DNA of 64,000 bases from Octopus vulgaris (lineage: Eukaryota). The notes under the pieces are model-generated. The model was not told where the DNA came from. It ran no database searches and saw only the letters and a list, made by a program, of their open reading frames with translations. Within the stretch, counting starts at the first letter, position 1; each line of letters begins with the position of its first letter. A program made the translations under genes and the position numbers. Shown here piece after piece: positions 39,412 to 52,869 of the stretch. The stretch spans positions 66,526,001 to 66,590,000 of the forward strand of contig OX597815.1 in assembly GCA_951406725.2 (NCBI GenBank). The letters are read 5' to 3'.

Positions 39412-39987
39412 GGATATTTTCCTTTTGAACGGCACTTTGTAACAATTTCTAGTTAACTAAAGACTTTTAAACTTCGTATACTGGTAGAATGTGTTTATAA
39501 AACATCATTTTTTTCTTGGCTCTATTGAGAAAATTCTATATGTTGTAACATATTTCGTCTTTAATTTCGAGCATTTCGGCAATTTTAACCAATCGCTGAC
39601 CTCCATTTAGGTAAACAACATTCCGTGCTGTATGAATATGTCCCTCCTTTAAGAAACAGATTGGGTTTATTTACATTTGTGAAGAAAAAAGATACCCTTC
39701 TCCCACCCCTAACCTTAACCCTAACCCTAACTCCCCCTAATTCTAACCCTAAATCTAAAATAGATTGAAATGCAATAGATCGATACTAGGGCCATAATTA
39801 TGAGTGACATTTTCATTTGACACCGCTAGAAAAAAAATCCCATTTTCCGTAGCGGTGTCGTATGAAATTATCACCCATAATTATAACCCTAGTATCGATC
39901 TATTGCATTTCAATCTATTTTAGATTTAGGGTTAGAGTTAGGGCGAGTTAGGGTTAGGGTTAGGGTTAGGGTTAAGGTTAGGGTTAA
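39412..39987. mobile_element. Truncated member of the GGATC-type TIR family, with an internal foldback of telomeric repeats
   Basis: Starts GGATATTTTCCTTTTGA...AATTTCTAGTTAACTAAAGAC...ACTTCGTATACTGG (homologous to 16090). Contains the inverted repeat 39707-39830 / 39850-39987. Confidence 0.7.
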
Positions 39988-40132
39988 CACATAATTACGA
40001 ATCACAATAAAATTGAAAAATCGGATGATGGGACAGACCGGAAGACATTACGGATGGAGTGGGGGCGGGTTTAGCTCGGACCCCACGAGCCCCGCCTCGC
40101 CACTGATACCTTGGTTTCATCCTGTCCCACAT

Positions 40133-43100
40133 TTATGTGGTACCATTCATACGCAACATCTTCCATCGTTTTTCGAACACTTTCTCAGTTAGGCATTTTC
40201 TCTCCAGCCCTATTTTCCTTTTCAGGTGGAAGATGAAGTAATTCATCAATCCAGGGCCAGAGATGAAATTGTCTGACTCTATACCTTTCAGCCTCGTCTT
40301 CCAAATCACCTCTCTCGCAACGAGAAACAATTCTTACCTTCTTTCGAGAGGAAATCCGGTGGGTCAATTTTTACAATAGACTCAGTCGACAGCTGTACTC
40401 TTCGTGTGCTTGACAACAGTTGTTCGGCATAAACCCACACCTCTGACACCTCCGAACATTGAACAATAGCATGCGGGACGGTTTCCCTATCCCGCTCGCA
40501 TCTTGAACATGTCGGATTGCCTCGGCGACCATGCCTTGCGAGTTTGTCCCGAACACGTAGAGCTCCTCTGTAACATTGCCATGCCAGAGACTTCTGAAAG
40601 TTGCCCAGTGTCTTCGGCCCGAATGTACGTCGGAACAGACTGGCCAGCTGATTATCATCGAGACCTAGGGTTTCCTCTAAAGTATCGTCACATTCCGCCT
40701 CTACCAGCCCTCTATAGAAGAATGTGGTGGACCCCCCACCGCAGGCGTTGCCCTAGCGACGGAATAGCAGGAGAGCCTTGCGACACTCCGTAAACCATGT
40801 GCCCAGTTTTGATCTTCGATTCAACCAGGTTTTCCACCCACCGAAATTAGTAAACTTGGGAGACATCAGTTTTGCCAGCGGAGACCACACCCGTTCACCA
40901 TCCAGGTAGAGCCACAGATGCCTCAACCTCAGCACATGTCTGCGCATCACCAGCCAAGACATCCCTAGCCCACCCTTTAACGGTTGTTGACAGCAAGTAG
41001 AGCGTTTCACAAGCGGTTTCGAGCCCCTCCACAAAAAGTGAAAGAGCTGTCTTTCCAGCTTGATCAACCACGAATCAGTGCAAGGAACGATGGATAGGCG
41101 GTAGGCGATGACCGATGCGATAAACACATTGGCTACCTCCCCACTTCCTTGCAGCCACCCTGCTCGATACCTCGGCCCAGTTTTTCTCTATTTGGAGGTC
41201 TGGTCCAAACCAAACCCCTAGCAACTTAATCGGACCTTCCGTCCAACGTCCCACGATGCTGTCAGGAGGCATCAACTTGCCTCTCCAGGTGCCGAGCTGC
41301 AAGCCGACTGACTTTTCACGATTAACTTTTGCTCCTGCCACCGTTTCGTAAACCTCTATGGCCTTGCCTACCCTCTGTAGGTGATCCATTTCGGTTTCGA
41401 TGATGGTGATGTCATCCGCGTAAGCTGACACCGATTTTCCACAACCTGGCTGTTTCGGGATGCCGCTCAATTTTCGCAGTAATGGCTCAAGAGCTATCAC
41501 GTACAAAAGCGGGGAGAGCGGACACCCTTGACGAACCGAGCGTTTGATGCTGAACGGCTTCGATAAGAAGTCATTCACCCAAACTACCGAGTCGATGTTG
41601 TCGTAAATCTGAATGATCCACCTGAGGAAGCCAAGACCCAGGCCGAACTGTGCCAGAACGGACACCAGGTAGCGATGGTCAACCCTATCAAAAGCCTTAG
41701 ATTGGTCTAAATGGACCAGTGCCCCACCCTAGCCAGAATCACTATTAAACCCCTCTAAAGTGTACCGCATAAGATGGAGATTATCCTGAATGGTTCTGCC
41801 GGGAACGGCACATGTCTGTACCTCCCCGATCAGACCATCCGCGACACGCGCCAATCTTTTCGATAACACTTTGGCCAAAATCTTCAACTCTGTGTTTAGC
41901 AGAGTGATGGGCCGAAAATTATCAATACAATCCCCCTTGTCCGGGTCCTTTCTGACAAGCGTCGCTACTCCCTGGCGCACAGATCTGGGAATAAACCCGT
42001 TCTGCTGCCAGTTCGCGTAGACCTCCGCCAGTAGGTGCCCGAACAAGTCTGGCATACTCTTATATAACTCATAGGGTAGACCATCCAGTCCTGCGCCTTA
42101 CCTGCGCCGCAGTCCGCCATAGCCTCAGCCACCTCCTCAGGCGTGATCGGCCATTCACAGCTCGCCACGTCTCGCCCCGATAGGCGCGGCAGCCCGTCGA
42201 GGAGGTCCGTAAAGTCTCTCCTACTATCCGGTCTGCCGCCCCCGCCGAAAAGCTGAGCGAAGTGCTCCTGAAAAGTCTCACACATCTCCTCAGGTTCGTC
42301 TATCAACTTACCTTGTTGGTTCGTCAAAGATCGAATTGTGGCATCATTATCACGTTGAGCCTCCACCACTCGGGCCCATCCTGCGGCGTTGATTCCCTCA
42401 CAACTCACTGCGCGGATCTTAGCCGTGACAATGCAGCCCATGTGTTTGGCCTCGAGGTGCTGGTTTAACGCCAGTCTCTTGGCCGTCACCTGAGCTGCAG
42501 AGCCAGTTTTCATGGCTTCCTCTAAATCCTTAACTAGAGTTGATCCCCTCCTAGCCTCTCTAGCCACTAATCCTATGCTATATCTAATAGACCCGAATTT
42601 TATGGCTCGCTTGAGAGCATACCACAATTTATTATTATTGATGGCACCAGATAGCGCCCTCTGAATCAAAGTCCTAATCCTGTCTCTGTACTCCTTAATT
42701 GCCAAAAGGGACGTATTAAGTTTCCAATAACCGGAGCCTCTCTTATATACCTTATCTATGTCAAGCTTACAGGTGACCACTTTATGATCACTATAGCTGA
42801 CCGGGTAAAACTGTGGACACTTAGCTATTTCTCTATCTGCTTTTCTAATTAGTACTCTATCTATGTAAGACCTGGAAGATTCGTCGCTATTTGACCATGT
42901 CCACAATAGAGCGTTCGGAAATTCCAACCTATAAGGATCTGCTAGCTCAACGCGTCTTAGCAATTCCAGGAAACCAGGGTTACCTTTTCTATCTGTACAC
43001 GAGCCAACATAATCTACTCGCGCCTGGTAAATTGTGTTGTAATCTCCTAGCACAACTAATGAATGTGAAGTACTAAGAAACTTCTCTAGCTCTAGAAAAT

Positions 43101-43461
43101 ACTCACCAGATGATGATGAGGGTGCATAAATTGCAACCAGTCTGATAACTTTACCGTTACTGAACGTCAAATCCATGACGACCAGCCTACCATCTGGATC
43201 TGAAAAAATTAACTTTTTCTCAAAAACCCGGTCTCTTTTTAATAGGACCAACACCCCACTCCCGCTGGTATGACTGCCTGGAGAGAAAAAACTCTCGTAG
43301 CCGTTCAACAGCGAGAGCAGATCTCTTGGCCCCTCTAACCGGGTTTCTGTAGCAACAATGACATCCAAATTCCGCGACCTGATATCATTAAGGAAGCGAC
43401 CCTGCTTCCAGCTTGATCTCAGGCCACGCACATTTAAGCAACCAACATGAATGTTAGACAT
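40133..43461 (-). pseudogene. LINE ORF2: APE endonuclease + reverse transcriptase, frameshifted
   Basis: CLNVRGL, VAIYAP, VLGDYN, SYIDRV, SDHKVV, GYWKLNTSLL, NFRPITLLN, VRQGCPLSP and AYADDIT. Confidence 0.92.
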
Positions 43462-43474
43462 TACTTACTCAGTA

Positions 43475-44802
43475 TCAGTGGTACGGCGTTCCTTCATCCT
43501 CTTTTTCTTTTTCTCGGACTCGTGGCGTATTTGGACGTAGGCCCTCGTAAATATATGAAGAAAAATCCATTCTTAGAGGGCCTACGTCGTGGAAGAATTC
43601 GGATTTAATCCACATGTAATCCTTCCGGCCAATCTTGTAGATAAGGAAGTCTTTCGATGTAGTTTTTTCAACTCGTTTGGCAGTTGGGATAACTGCCAAA
43701 CGGTTGACTAGTCTGTTGTTTGAGGCCTTTATGGCCATGTACGTATTGTCTTTCTCTTGTTCATTTTTCTTTTTTATATTCAATTTGGGAGGGGCGGTCT
43801 GTGTTTTTTTTCTTTTTCTTAGAAGTAGTCGACCACCCCTCCTCTCTGTCTTTCTCTTCACTTTCTTCTGTCGCTGGTGATGTAACATCTTTAGGTATTG
43901 GTGCTGGTGTTTCTTTTGGTGTTGTCTCATCTGGTGTTTCTTCTTTTCTTTCCTTCTCTTTTCGTTGGCATCGGCCCTGATGTGTCCCTTCAACCCGAAG
44001 TTGAAGCATCTCAGTTTTCTGCCTTCCACGTATACTATCAGTCTCTCGCCTCCGCCAACATTTATGGCTTCTGGAAATTTTTCTAAGATTGCTACCTCCG
44101 CTTGAATTGCCATCGTCAAGCATTGCTTCTTCCAATTATCTTCTTCTTCCACTGAGGCCTAGAGAATATTTATTTTTTCCTCCAGGCCTAATGTTATTGC
44201 TGCCACTAAACAAGTGGCATCCACTTCAGGGGGGATGTTATTTATTTTTATTTTTGATGTTCTTCTTCTCATGTATATTGGAAGAAGAACCACCTCCTCT
44301 GTTTTGAGTGTCTCCGAAGAGTACTTTTTCGCTGCTTCTTCTGTTTTAAACCTTACTTCCACTGTACCGAACCTTTTTCAACGGTTGATGGAGGTGATTT
44401 CGGGCCAAATCGGTTTCAGGCATTTTTCTACATTTTTTCTTCTATTCTTTGAATCATTTTTAAAACTATGCTGTACATCTTGTATATGATCCTTTTCCTG
44501 TTTACTGCGTCTGTCGTTCCTTCTGTTGTAGCCAATGTAATTTCCGTTCCTTCTTTTTTCAACATGTGCATATATTTCTCTAAATTACTCTTTTCCGTAT
44601 TTAGCTTCTTTTCCTTTTTACCAGCTACCTCTGCAAATTTCTTCGGTGAGGCTGCTGGTGTTTTTTCGTTTTGTTTTTTCGGTGTTACTGCTGGTGAACT
44701 ACTTTCTTCACCTGACACAGGTGAGAAAGAGAAAGGTGTATGTATTTCCATTTTTCCACAACAAGTTGGCTTAAAAAAGCCTTTCACAAAAATTGGCTTC
44801 AA
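43475..44802 (-). pseudogene. LINE ORF1 (gag-like, decayed zinc knuckle), frameshifted
   Basis: ORFs 44428-44802, 44159-44362 and 43475-44152. RCFNFGLKGHIRAD is a degenerate CCHC, and the ORF lies directly upstream of ORF2. Confidence 0.75.
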
Positions 44803-45045
44803 AAGCCTTTCACAAAAATTGGCTTAAAGAGCCACAAGATAACAATAATTCCCCCGCAGGGGGGCATTTCAACAAATAGCTTTCAAAGAAAGCAAAAAAC
44901 AGTCCTTTTTAAAAACAATAATAATAATTCACCGTAACAATAACAATATTTACAGGGAAAAAATTTACACGTACCAACTCAATAGAAGCGGCTGTTCGAG
45001 AAAACAGACATTACATACAGCCAAACTTCATATAGATACTTAATG

Positions 45046-45712
45046 CTAGCTAATTAGCAGATGATCTAATGTAAAAGCCGTGGTAAACGGTATGCGCACA
45101 GCTCCATCTGGCCTATTCCATTTCTGCACACTAATTTTAATTTTAATTTATTCCCATTCATGTGAAACCACTTATTCAAGTTCAAGTCATTGATGCAATT
45201 TTATACCAATTGCTATTTTTCTTTTATGTTACGATTATATTATACTTTAGTTTGATTTTAATTATTACTTACTACATAAAATTCAATTGTTATTATTATC
45301 TCTAACTTTTATTGTTAAAGTGAAAGTATCTGACATAAAATAGAGAAATGTTTTGTTTCACTTTTAACACGTAATACTGAAATAGTGGAGAAGATATGAT
45401 ATTGCTATGGGCTCGCCCTAGGCAAGAAGTTGAACATTTTTTTGGCCCATGAAACTACATGGACCCTAAGTAAGGCATGTGTAAAATTTGAATGAAATTG
45501 GTTGTGTAGTTCTCAAGTTTTAGGGAATCGTAGTGGAGAAGATATGATATTGCTGTGGGCTCGCCCTAGGCAAAAAGTTAAAACATTTTTTGCCGATGAC
45601 ACTCCCCGGACCCTAAGTAAAGCATGTGTAAAATTTGAATGAAATTGGTTGTGTAGTTCTCAAGTTTTAGGGAAACACACAGACAGACATTCTCAGTTTT
45701 ATATAGAGAGAT
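45046..45712 (-). mobile_element. Non-autonomous Helitron/HINE-like element with ~148-bp internal tandem repeat
   Basis: Minus strand starts ATCTCTCTATATAAAACTGAGAATGTCTGTCTG. Repeats at 45383-45530 and 45531-45675. The left boundary (CCGT..ACGG hairpin, CTAG) is tentative. Confidence 0.55.
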
Positions 45713-45782
45713 TGTTTCATGTTCGTGGTGCAGCAATACCTATAGCTTATGAAATTGAAAAATATATCACATATTAGTATGC

Positions 45783-45821
<39 letters not shown>

Positions 45822-46573
45822 AGAGAATATGTGTGTGTATGTAAATGTAGACAGATACATATATGTATGTACGTAAATATACACATTAGACAGATAGGTC
45901 GATAGATAGATGTAATTTAAATATGTATGCATGTATTTATTCGTGTTCGTATATATGTACCTCTTCATAAATGCGTATGATATGTGTGTGTGTGCATATG
46001 TATATTTGTATAAGTACGTAATAGTTGTCTATATGCATGTATGTACAGGTATATTATCCTTTATTATATTAACAACTTTACAGAACTAGTTGTTTCCTTC
46101 GCTTTAAAATTCGTTTGAAAGACGAATTCTAAAGAGAAGGGAAAATAGCTGGGAGAGGACATCGACGGCAGCGACGATGGCGATGTTCATGATGATGATG
46201 ATGATGATCCGTTCCACTAGGTGTGAGTTGAGCAAGAAGTGAGGAAAAGAGACAATAACGACTGGGACACTATAGGAAAAAATAAAAGAATAGGGAGGAG
46301 AGGGAGAAAGAAAGAGAAAGAGCCAGACAGACAGAGACAAAGAAAGAAAAAGAAACGGAGAAATTGAGGATACAGAATTGAGGGGCAATGGAAACAAACA
46401 TTACATATATTTTATTTATACTTAATAGTCAGCGAGTGAGTAAGTGACTTAGTGAGTGAGTGACGGACTGATAGGGAGACCGACATACAGACAAAAAGAA
46501 AGCAAAACAGGAATATGGTGGTGGAATAGGAAGAGAACAGTAAGAGAGAAAAGGAGGGAAAGAGTGAGTGAGT

Positions 46574-46635
<62 letters not shown>

Positions 46636-47259
46636 AGATAAATAGACAAATCAGAAAAGCGAACATAATAAGACAGAAAGAAAGAATGATATAGACGACA
46701 GAGAGGAAGAAAGACAAAAAGATAGAATGAGTTGGTTGTGAATGAGACATTGCAATAATAATAACTCTGCAAACTAAAGACAGCTTTTTGGTGAAGTAAG
46801 ACTACCAATACCAAAACTAGATCAGCGAAAAATGGTTAATTCAAATTCCACCGCAATCGATCTGTCGACTTTGGTGTTCTGACGTCACACACAGGAATAA
46901 ATCACCGTTTTATTTTATTTATATATAATGTTTATGTTCTTTATTGTAGTTTATTTTTGCATATATTTGTGTGTATGTGTGTGTGTGTCTTTTATCTTTT
47001 ACTTGTCTCAGTCATTAGACTGTGCCCATGCTGGGGCACCGCCTTGAAGAATATTAGTCGATTGAATCAACCCAGTACTTATTTTTTAAAACCTGGTATT
47101 TATTCATATGTATGTATGTATGTATATATTGTTAATTGTTTTGTTTGTTTTTCAATGCTTTTTTCTTTATTGTTGCAAACAGATTTATGGAATCGGAATA
47201 AAATTAGATGAAATATTGAGCTCTGACTGTCATTAACACATTCTAATGATGAAGGAGCG

Positions 47260-48150
47260 CGGAGTGTAGTATAGTTCAATAGTATTATAACAATATCGTA
47301 TATTGTAGTATAGTGATGTTAGGTATTGTTATAGAGTCGTAGTATAATGTTATAGTGTATAGTTTAATAGTCTGCTGCATAGTATAGTGGTGTAGTGTAT
47401 GTACATTGCAGTATAATGGCCTAATGTATTGTAGTAGTGTAGTGGTCTAATGTATTGTGGTGTAGAGGTGTACTATGTAGTGTAGTGGTCTAATGTATTG
47501 CAGTATAGAAGTATACTATGTAGTATAGTGGTCTACTGTATTGTAGTGAAGAGGTGTACTATGTAGTATAGTGGTCTACTGTATTGTAGTGAAGAGGTGT
47601 ACTATGTAGTATAGTGGTCTACTGAATTGTAGTATAGAGGTATACTATGTAGTACAGTGGATTAATGTATTGTAGAATAGAGGTATACTATGTAGTATAG
47701 TGGATTAATGTATTATAGTATAGAGGTGTACTATGTAGTATAGTGGTCTACTGTATTGTAGTATAGAAACATACTATGTAGTACAGTGGTCTATTGTAGT
47801 ATAGAGGTGTACTATGTAGTACAGTGGTCTATTGTATTATAGTATTGTGGTATACTATGTAGTACAGTGGTCTATTGCATTGTAATATAGAGGTATACTA
47901 TGTATTACAGTGATCTGTTGTATTGTAGTATAGTGGTTTAATATATTGTAGTATAGAAGTGTACTATGTAGTATATATAGTGATCTGCAGTATAATATAG
48001 TGATGTTGTGTCTTGTAGTATTGTGGTGTATGTAGTGTATAGTGAATGAGCATAATAGTGTGGTACAATGTACCACAGTGTAGTGTAGTATAGCACAATG
48101 TAGTATGGGGTATTAAAGTACAGTGTAGTTTGATATAGTGCAGTGAGATA
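47260..48150. repeat. Degenerate ~43-bp minisatellite built on 5-mer (GTATA/GTAGT) periodicity
   Basis: TAGTATAGTGGTCTACTGTATTGTAGTATAGAGGTGTACTATG units. Confidence 0.9.
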
Positions 48151-48907
48151 TCATTGTTGTTTAGCTCCAGATTAATCCTGATCAAACAGACTTGTGATCA
48201 AAGACGTTCCAGTTATGACCATCACATCTTTCTTTTTTAATCCGTAATGTTTCAAAACTGTACATGTACAATATGTTCATTTGTCTCTAAGACAGCAAGG
48301 TTTAATGTAAAGCTGGCAGAATTGTTAGAGCACTGGAAAACATGTCTTGCAGTATATGTGTCCAGCTCTTTATGTTCTAGTTTCAAATCATGTTGGACTG
48401 CCTAACCAATGGCTTACCTGGCCAAAACCTCAAAGTCACTGTGAACAACATTCTTGTCTAAAAATAATAAATTTGTACTCTACAAAAGTATAGAATTAAT
48501 GTAAAATTGTTTTTATAAGAAGTATCCTTTTCCTACCATGGGTAATATATTAGAAAATATGCTTTATATACAATAAGTTCTATTAAATTTCTAGGTGCTT
48601 ATACACAATGATGAAATGAAAACAAATTTTCTAAAGACAAATATTGCCTCAGAATATAATTAAAGCAAATTTTTTATCTATATAACTCCTGTGTCATTTA
48701 CTCCATTTTCTCTTTCTCCACTCTGTCTATGATTCTTCCTCTTTCACTCTGTGTGTGTGTGTGTGTGTGGAGAGAGAGAGTTTCTTTACTCAATGTCTGC
48801 CACCAAGACTAGTATATGCACTCATCCTGTACCTCCTGTTAACTCTGTATTTCTCTTTTACTTTCCTTCTCTCTCTATGTACGATGGAGAGAGGTCACCT
48901 AATGAAC

Positions 48908-49426
48908 CAGTGATTCCCAAAATTTTTGAGGCTACTGAATTGTAGTATAGAGGTATACTATGTAGTACAGTGGATTAATGTATTGTAGAATAGAGGTATA
49001 CTATGTAGTATAGTGGATTAATGTATTATAGTATAGAGGTGTACTATGTAGTATAGTGGTCTACTGTATTGTAGTATAGAAACATACTATGTAGTACAGT
49101 GGTCTATTGTAGTATAGAGGTGTACTATGTAGTACAGTGGTCTATTGTATTATAGTATTGTGGTATACTATGTAGTACAGTTGGCACTAGAATCATATTC
49201 TTAGCTCCCCACTCACCACCACAAACATTAACCACTTTCTGTAGCAAATTCAAAATAACTGCACTTCACAAATAAAACTTAATCTAATTGAGCAATCATT
49301 GGGGGGGGGGGGGTTGCATCCATCACCCCCATTTTGGTCACCCATTATCGTGCCACTTTTCTCCAACGTCTCCTGGATCTTTCCACCGCCCCCAGGGGGA
49401 AGTACCGCCCACTTTGGGAACCACTG
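48908..49426. mobile_element. Old hAT (Charlie-like) MITE carrying a 250-bp insertion
   Basis: TIRs CAGTGATTCCCAAA / TTTGGGAACCACTG. Imperfect TSD TAATGAAC / CAATAAAC. Confidence 0.75.
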
Positions 49427-49468
49427 CAATAAACTAACATCTACATCAACTATTTTTATAGAGAGGTT

Positions 49469-49705
49469 AAAGGCGGTGAGCTGACAGAATCGTTAGCACG
49501 CCGGGCGAAATGCTTAGCAGTATTTCATCTGTCATCACGTTCTGAGTTCAAACGCCGCCAGGGTCGACTGGTCAGAACGTTAGAATAAGTACTAGGCTTT
49601 AAAAAAATAAGTACTGGAGTCGATTCGTTCGACTAAGAGTTCTATAAGGCGGTCCCCCAGTATCGTCGCACTTTAATGACTGAAACAAATGAAAGTAAAA
49701 AGGTA
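49469..49705 (+). mobile_element. SINE with family A head and family B-type tail
   Basis: AAGGCGGTGAGCTGACAGAATCGTTAGCACGCCGGG...AATGACTGAAACAAATGAAAG. Confidence 0.75.
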
Positions 49706-50680
49706 AAAGATTTATATTTTCGTCATTTGGATAAGGTTTTCAGAAAATATTCAGACATTTTTTTCTTTGTGAAATTAAAAACGCCTGCGAGCAAATAATT
49801 GACAGTTAGGAAAGTTAGAGATACAGATAACGTACGTACTTTTAAACAGGTAGGAATTATTCTGTAGGGGTAAGACAAGGTGAATTTAACTGCAAGTAAG
49901 AGCGAACCCTGGTGACTAAAATAAAAGAAATGGCTTATTGTGTCTTTTGTGACTGCCGATGGCAGCAAACTGAGAGTTAGATGCTGGCGGTATTTTTATT
50001 TCTACCAGAATAACCAAAAATGTCTCTCAGACTTCTAATCTCTGATATTTTAAAACAACACACATGGCAAGGTGAGACTGAAATGTCATCTGCTCAAAGT
50101 CACTACATATCAACATAAAAGCCAGTGATCACAAGAAAAATGTAATTTATACAATGTGTGTGTGTGCGCGCGCGCGCGTGTTTAGGAAACTAAAAATTCT
50201 ATACACGTTTGAGAAGTTAAAAATTATATTTATGCATCAAGTGTTATTTATTTAACAAATATTTATCAGGTCTTATTTGTGCCAAAATATCGTAGAATTT
50301 TTATTCGGTTTCAGTGTCACTGCGTTGCACATTGGATAAGTGTCTTCTACTAGTCCTGAGTAGACCAATGCCTTGTGAGTGAATTTGGTCGGAAAATGTG
50401 TGGAAATTTGTTAGACGTAGATACATGTGTGAATATACGTGTCCTTATCTTTGACTGCCCCCTCCGCTTGACAAACTGCATAGTTTTTTAACGTTCTCGT
50501 AAACTAGCAGTTCAAAAATAAAGACCGACAGCATAAGTTCCAGATTTTACAAAGTACGATTTGTTCGACTAAACCCTTCAAGGCGATACCCTAGCAAAGC
50601 TGCCGTCCAGTAGCTGAAACACGTATAAAAAAATAAAGTGAAAGCGGTATCGAATGAAAAATTATTTCAAAAGATGAATT

Positions 50681-50994
50681 GGATCTAGTTTTTTTTCATT
50701 TGCAAAATATGCCTTTTTTTAAAAGGAAGCAAAAAATCTGAAAATCGGTTATAATAATGTAACTTTCCAGTCTCATTGCTATGAAGGTAAGATGTGGAGA
50801 AAAAAAAATGGAGGAAAAAGTTACAAAGGTTTAAAAATCGGAAAAACTGTGTATTTTTAACCAGCAGCGAAACACGAGATAAAGTAACTGGTTAATCGTA
50901 ATCAGAATTCAGAGTTGCATCGATACACCAAAATTGAAAGCAATCTGAGCAAAATTAAATGGGGCTCATTTTGCGAATGAAACAAACTAGATCC
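50681..50994. mobile_element. MITE with GGATCTAGTTT TIRs and 8-bp TSD
   Basis: GGATCTAGTTTTTTTTCATTTGCAAAAT / ATTTTGCGAATGAAACAAACTAGATCC. TSD GATGAATT / GATTAATT. Confidence 0.8.
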
Positions 50995-51720
50995 GATTAA
51001 TTTTTAGTTTGCAAGTGTGTTTCATAAATTCATTTTCAACGAAATAATAGTTAACCTAGATGACATTTTTAACCAATTGTATTTCATTTCTTTATAAAAC
51101 TATCAAAGCAAAATGTTAGTGTGCCGGTGTGAAGTTGTATGTCTATTTTTCTCTGTTTTTGTATATATTTATTGCTTTGTCGGCTCTAGTCAGCAACGCA
51201 TGAACGTATGTGCGTATGTTTGTATAACTATGTATAACATTGTGTAGACAATATTATTACTTTGTCGCAATCCCCTACGGTTCAGTAGCATCGGCTCCAG
51301 AAAAACAAATAAAAGCATTGTAATTGTACATGTATCAGTGTTTTTGAGTCTTTGTGGGTATAAGATATGAGAAATTTTCCCAGTGGTGTCTTGAGTTAAG
51401 AACACAGAATAAGGTCAAAGTTAACATATTAAATGTAATGACCTAAAAAAAAATGATTCAATTACAATTATGTCTGTAAAAAAAAAAGAAAAAATCTTTA
51501 GCGCTAATGACAATTTTTGTCAAGAAAGACAATGTAGGTGACTATGAAATTCAAGTTAATTAAACGTGAATAAGGCTTGTAGTAAGTCTGGTTTTGTTAG
51601 TATTGTGACAACTCCAGGCATGTTTCGACTTATACAAACTCTTCAGTGAAATATGGCCTTACTGGTACTTATCAGATAATAGAATAACAGAATATAAAAG
51701 TTTAAATATTCTCATGGTGA

Positions 51721-52240
<520 letters not shown>

Positions 52241-52869
52241 GTATATATACATACATACATACATACATACATACATACATACATACATACATACATACAT
52301 ACACACGCACACCACTCACACACATATATTACATTCTTACATATATAATGTGTGTGTGTGTGTAATAGGAAACTTTTCCAAGCTTCGAACCACTAATCTT
52401 CCCATTCGCTCATGATGAATCTCAGTTCGTTTTCCTATTGTTCCACTAACGATGTTCATGGTCTCGTATACTGGAGACAAGAGATCTGTTTCTTTGTGAC
52501 CTTTTTAACTAATGTCATTAAATCACCAGTTTAGCTGACACTATAAAAGCTGACACGGTGTCAAGGTGAGTTCATTTGACAACAAACGCATTCAAGTGGG
52601 ATTTTTTTACACACTATAACATTTTTATTAACTCATCGGGTGCACGCAGAACAGTGACAATGATATATCCATTTTTAATATATTCTGCTAGATTTGAACG
52701 CGAATATCTGGTGGCTATTGATGTTTGTATTCGTCAAAACGTATTAAGAATGAACAGATACGCTATTATTGTGACTCTCGCTGTTTAACGCGCATCCCAT
52801 GAATGTTTAACAACTTAGTGTGTGAATATCTTCTCTTGTACTTTCGGGGTACAAGAAAGCAATCACTAG

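Larger units (their letters stand above)
40000..45010 (-). mobile_element. Near-full-length decayed Tx1/L1-like LINE (5' UTR, ORF1, ORF2, 3' UTR)
   Basis: Two-ORF layout with APE endonuclease and RT. The 5' region has TTGGCTT..AAAAGCCTTTCACAAAAA tandem repeats. Confidence 0.9.

Noticed and set aside
41965-43461. 498-aa ORF as a host endonuclease gene
   Set aside because: It is the N-terminal part of LINE ORF2 and continues by frameshift into the RT.
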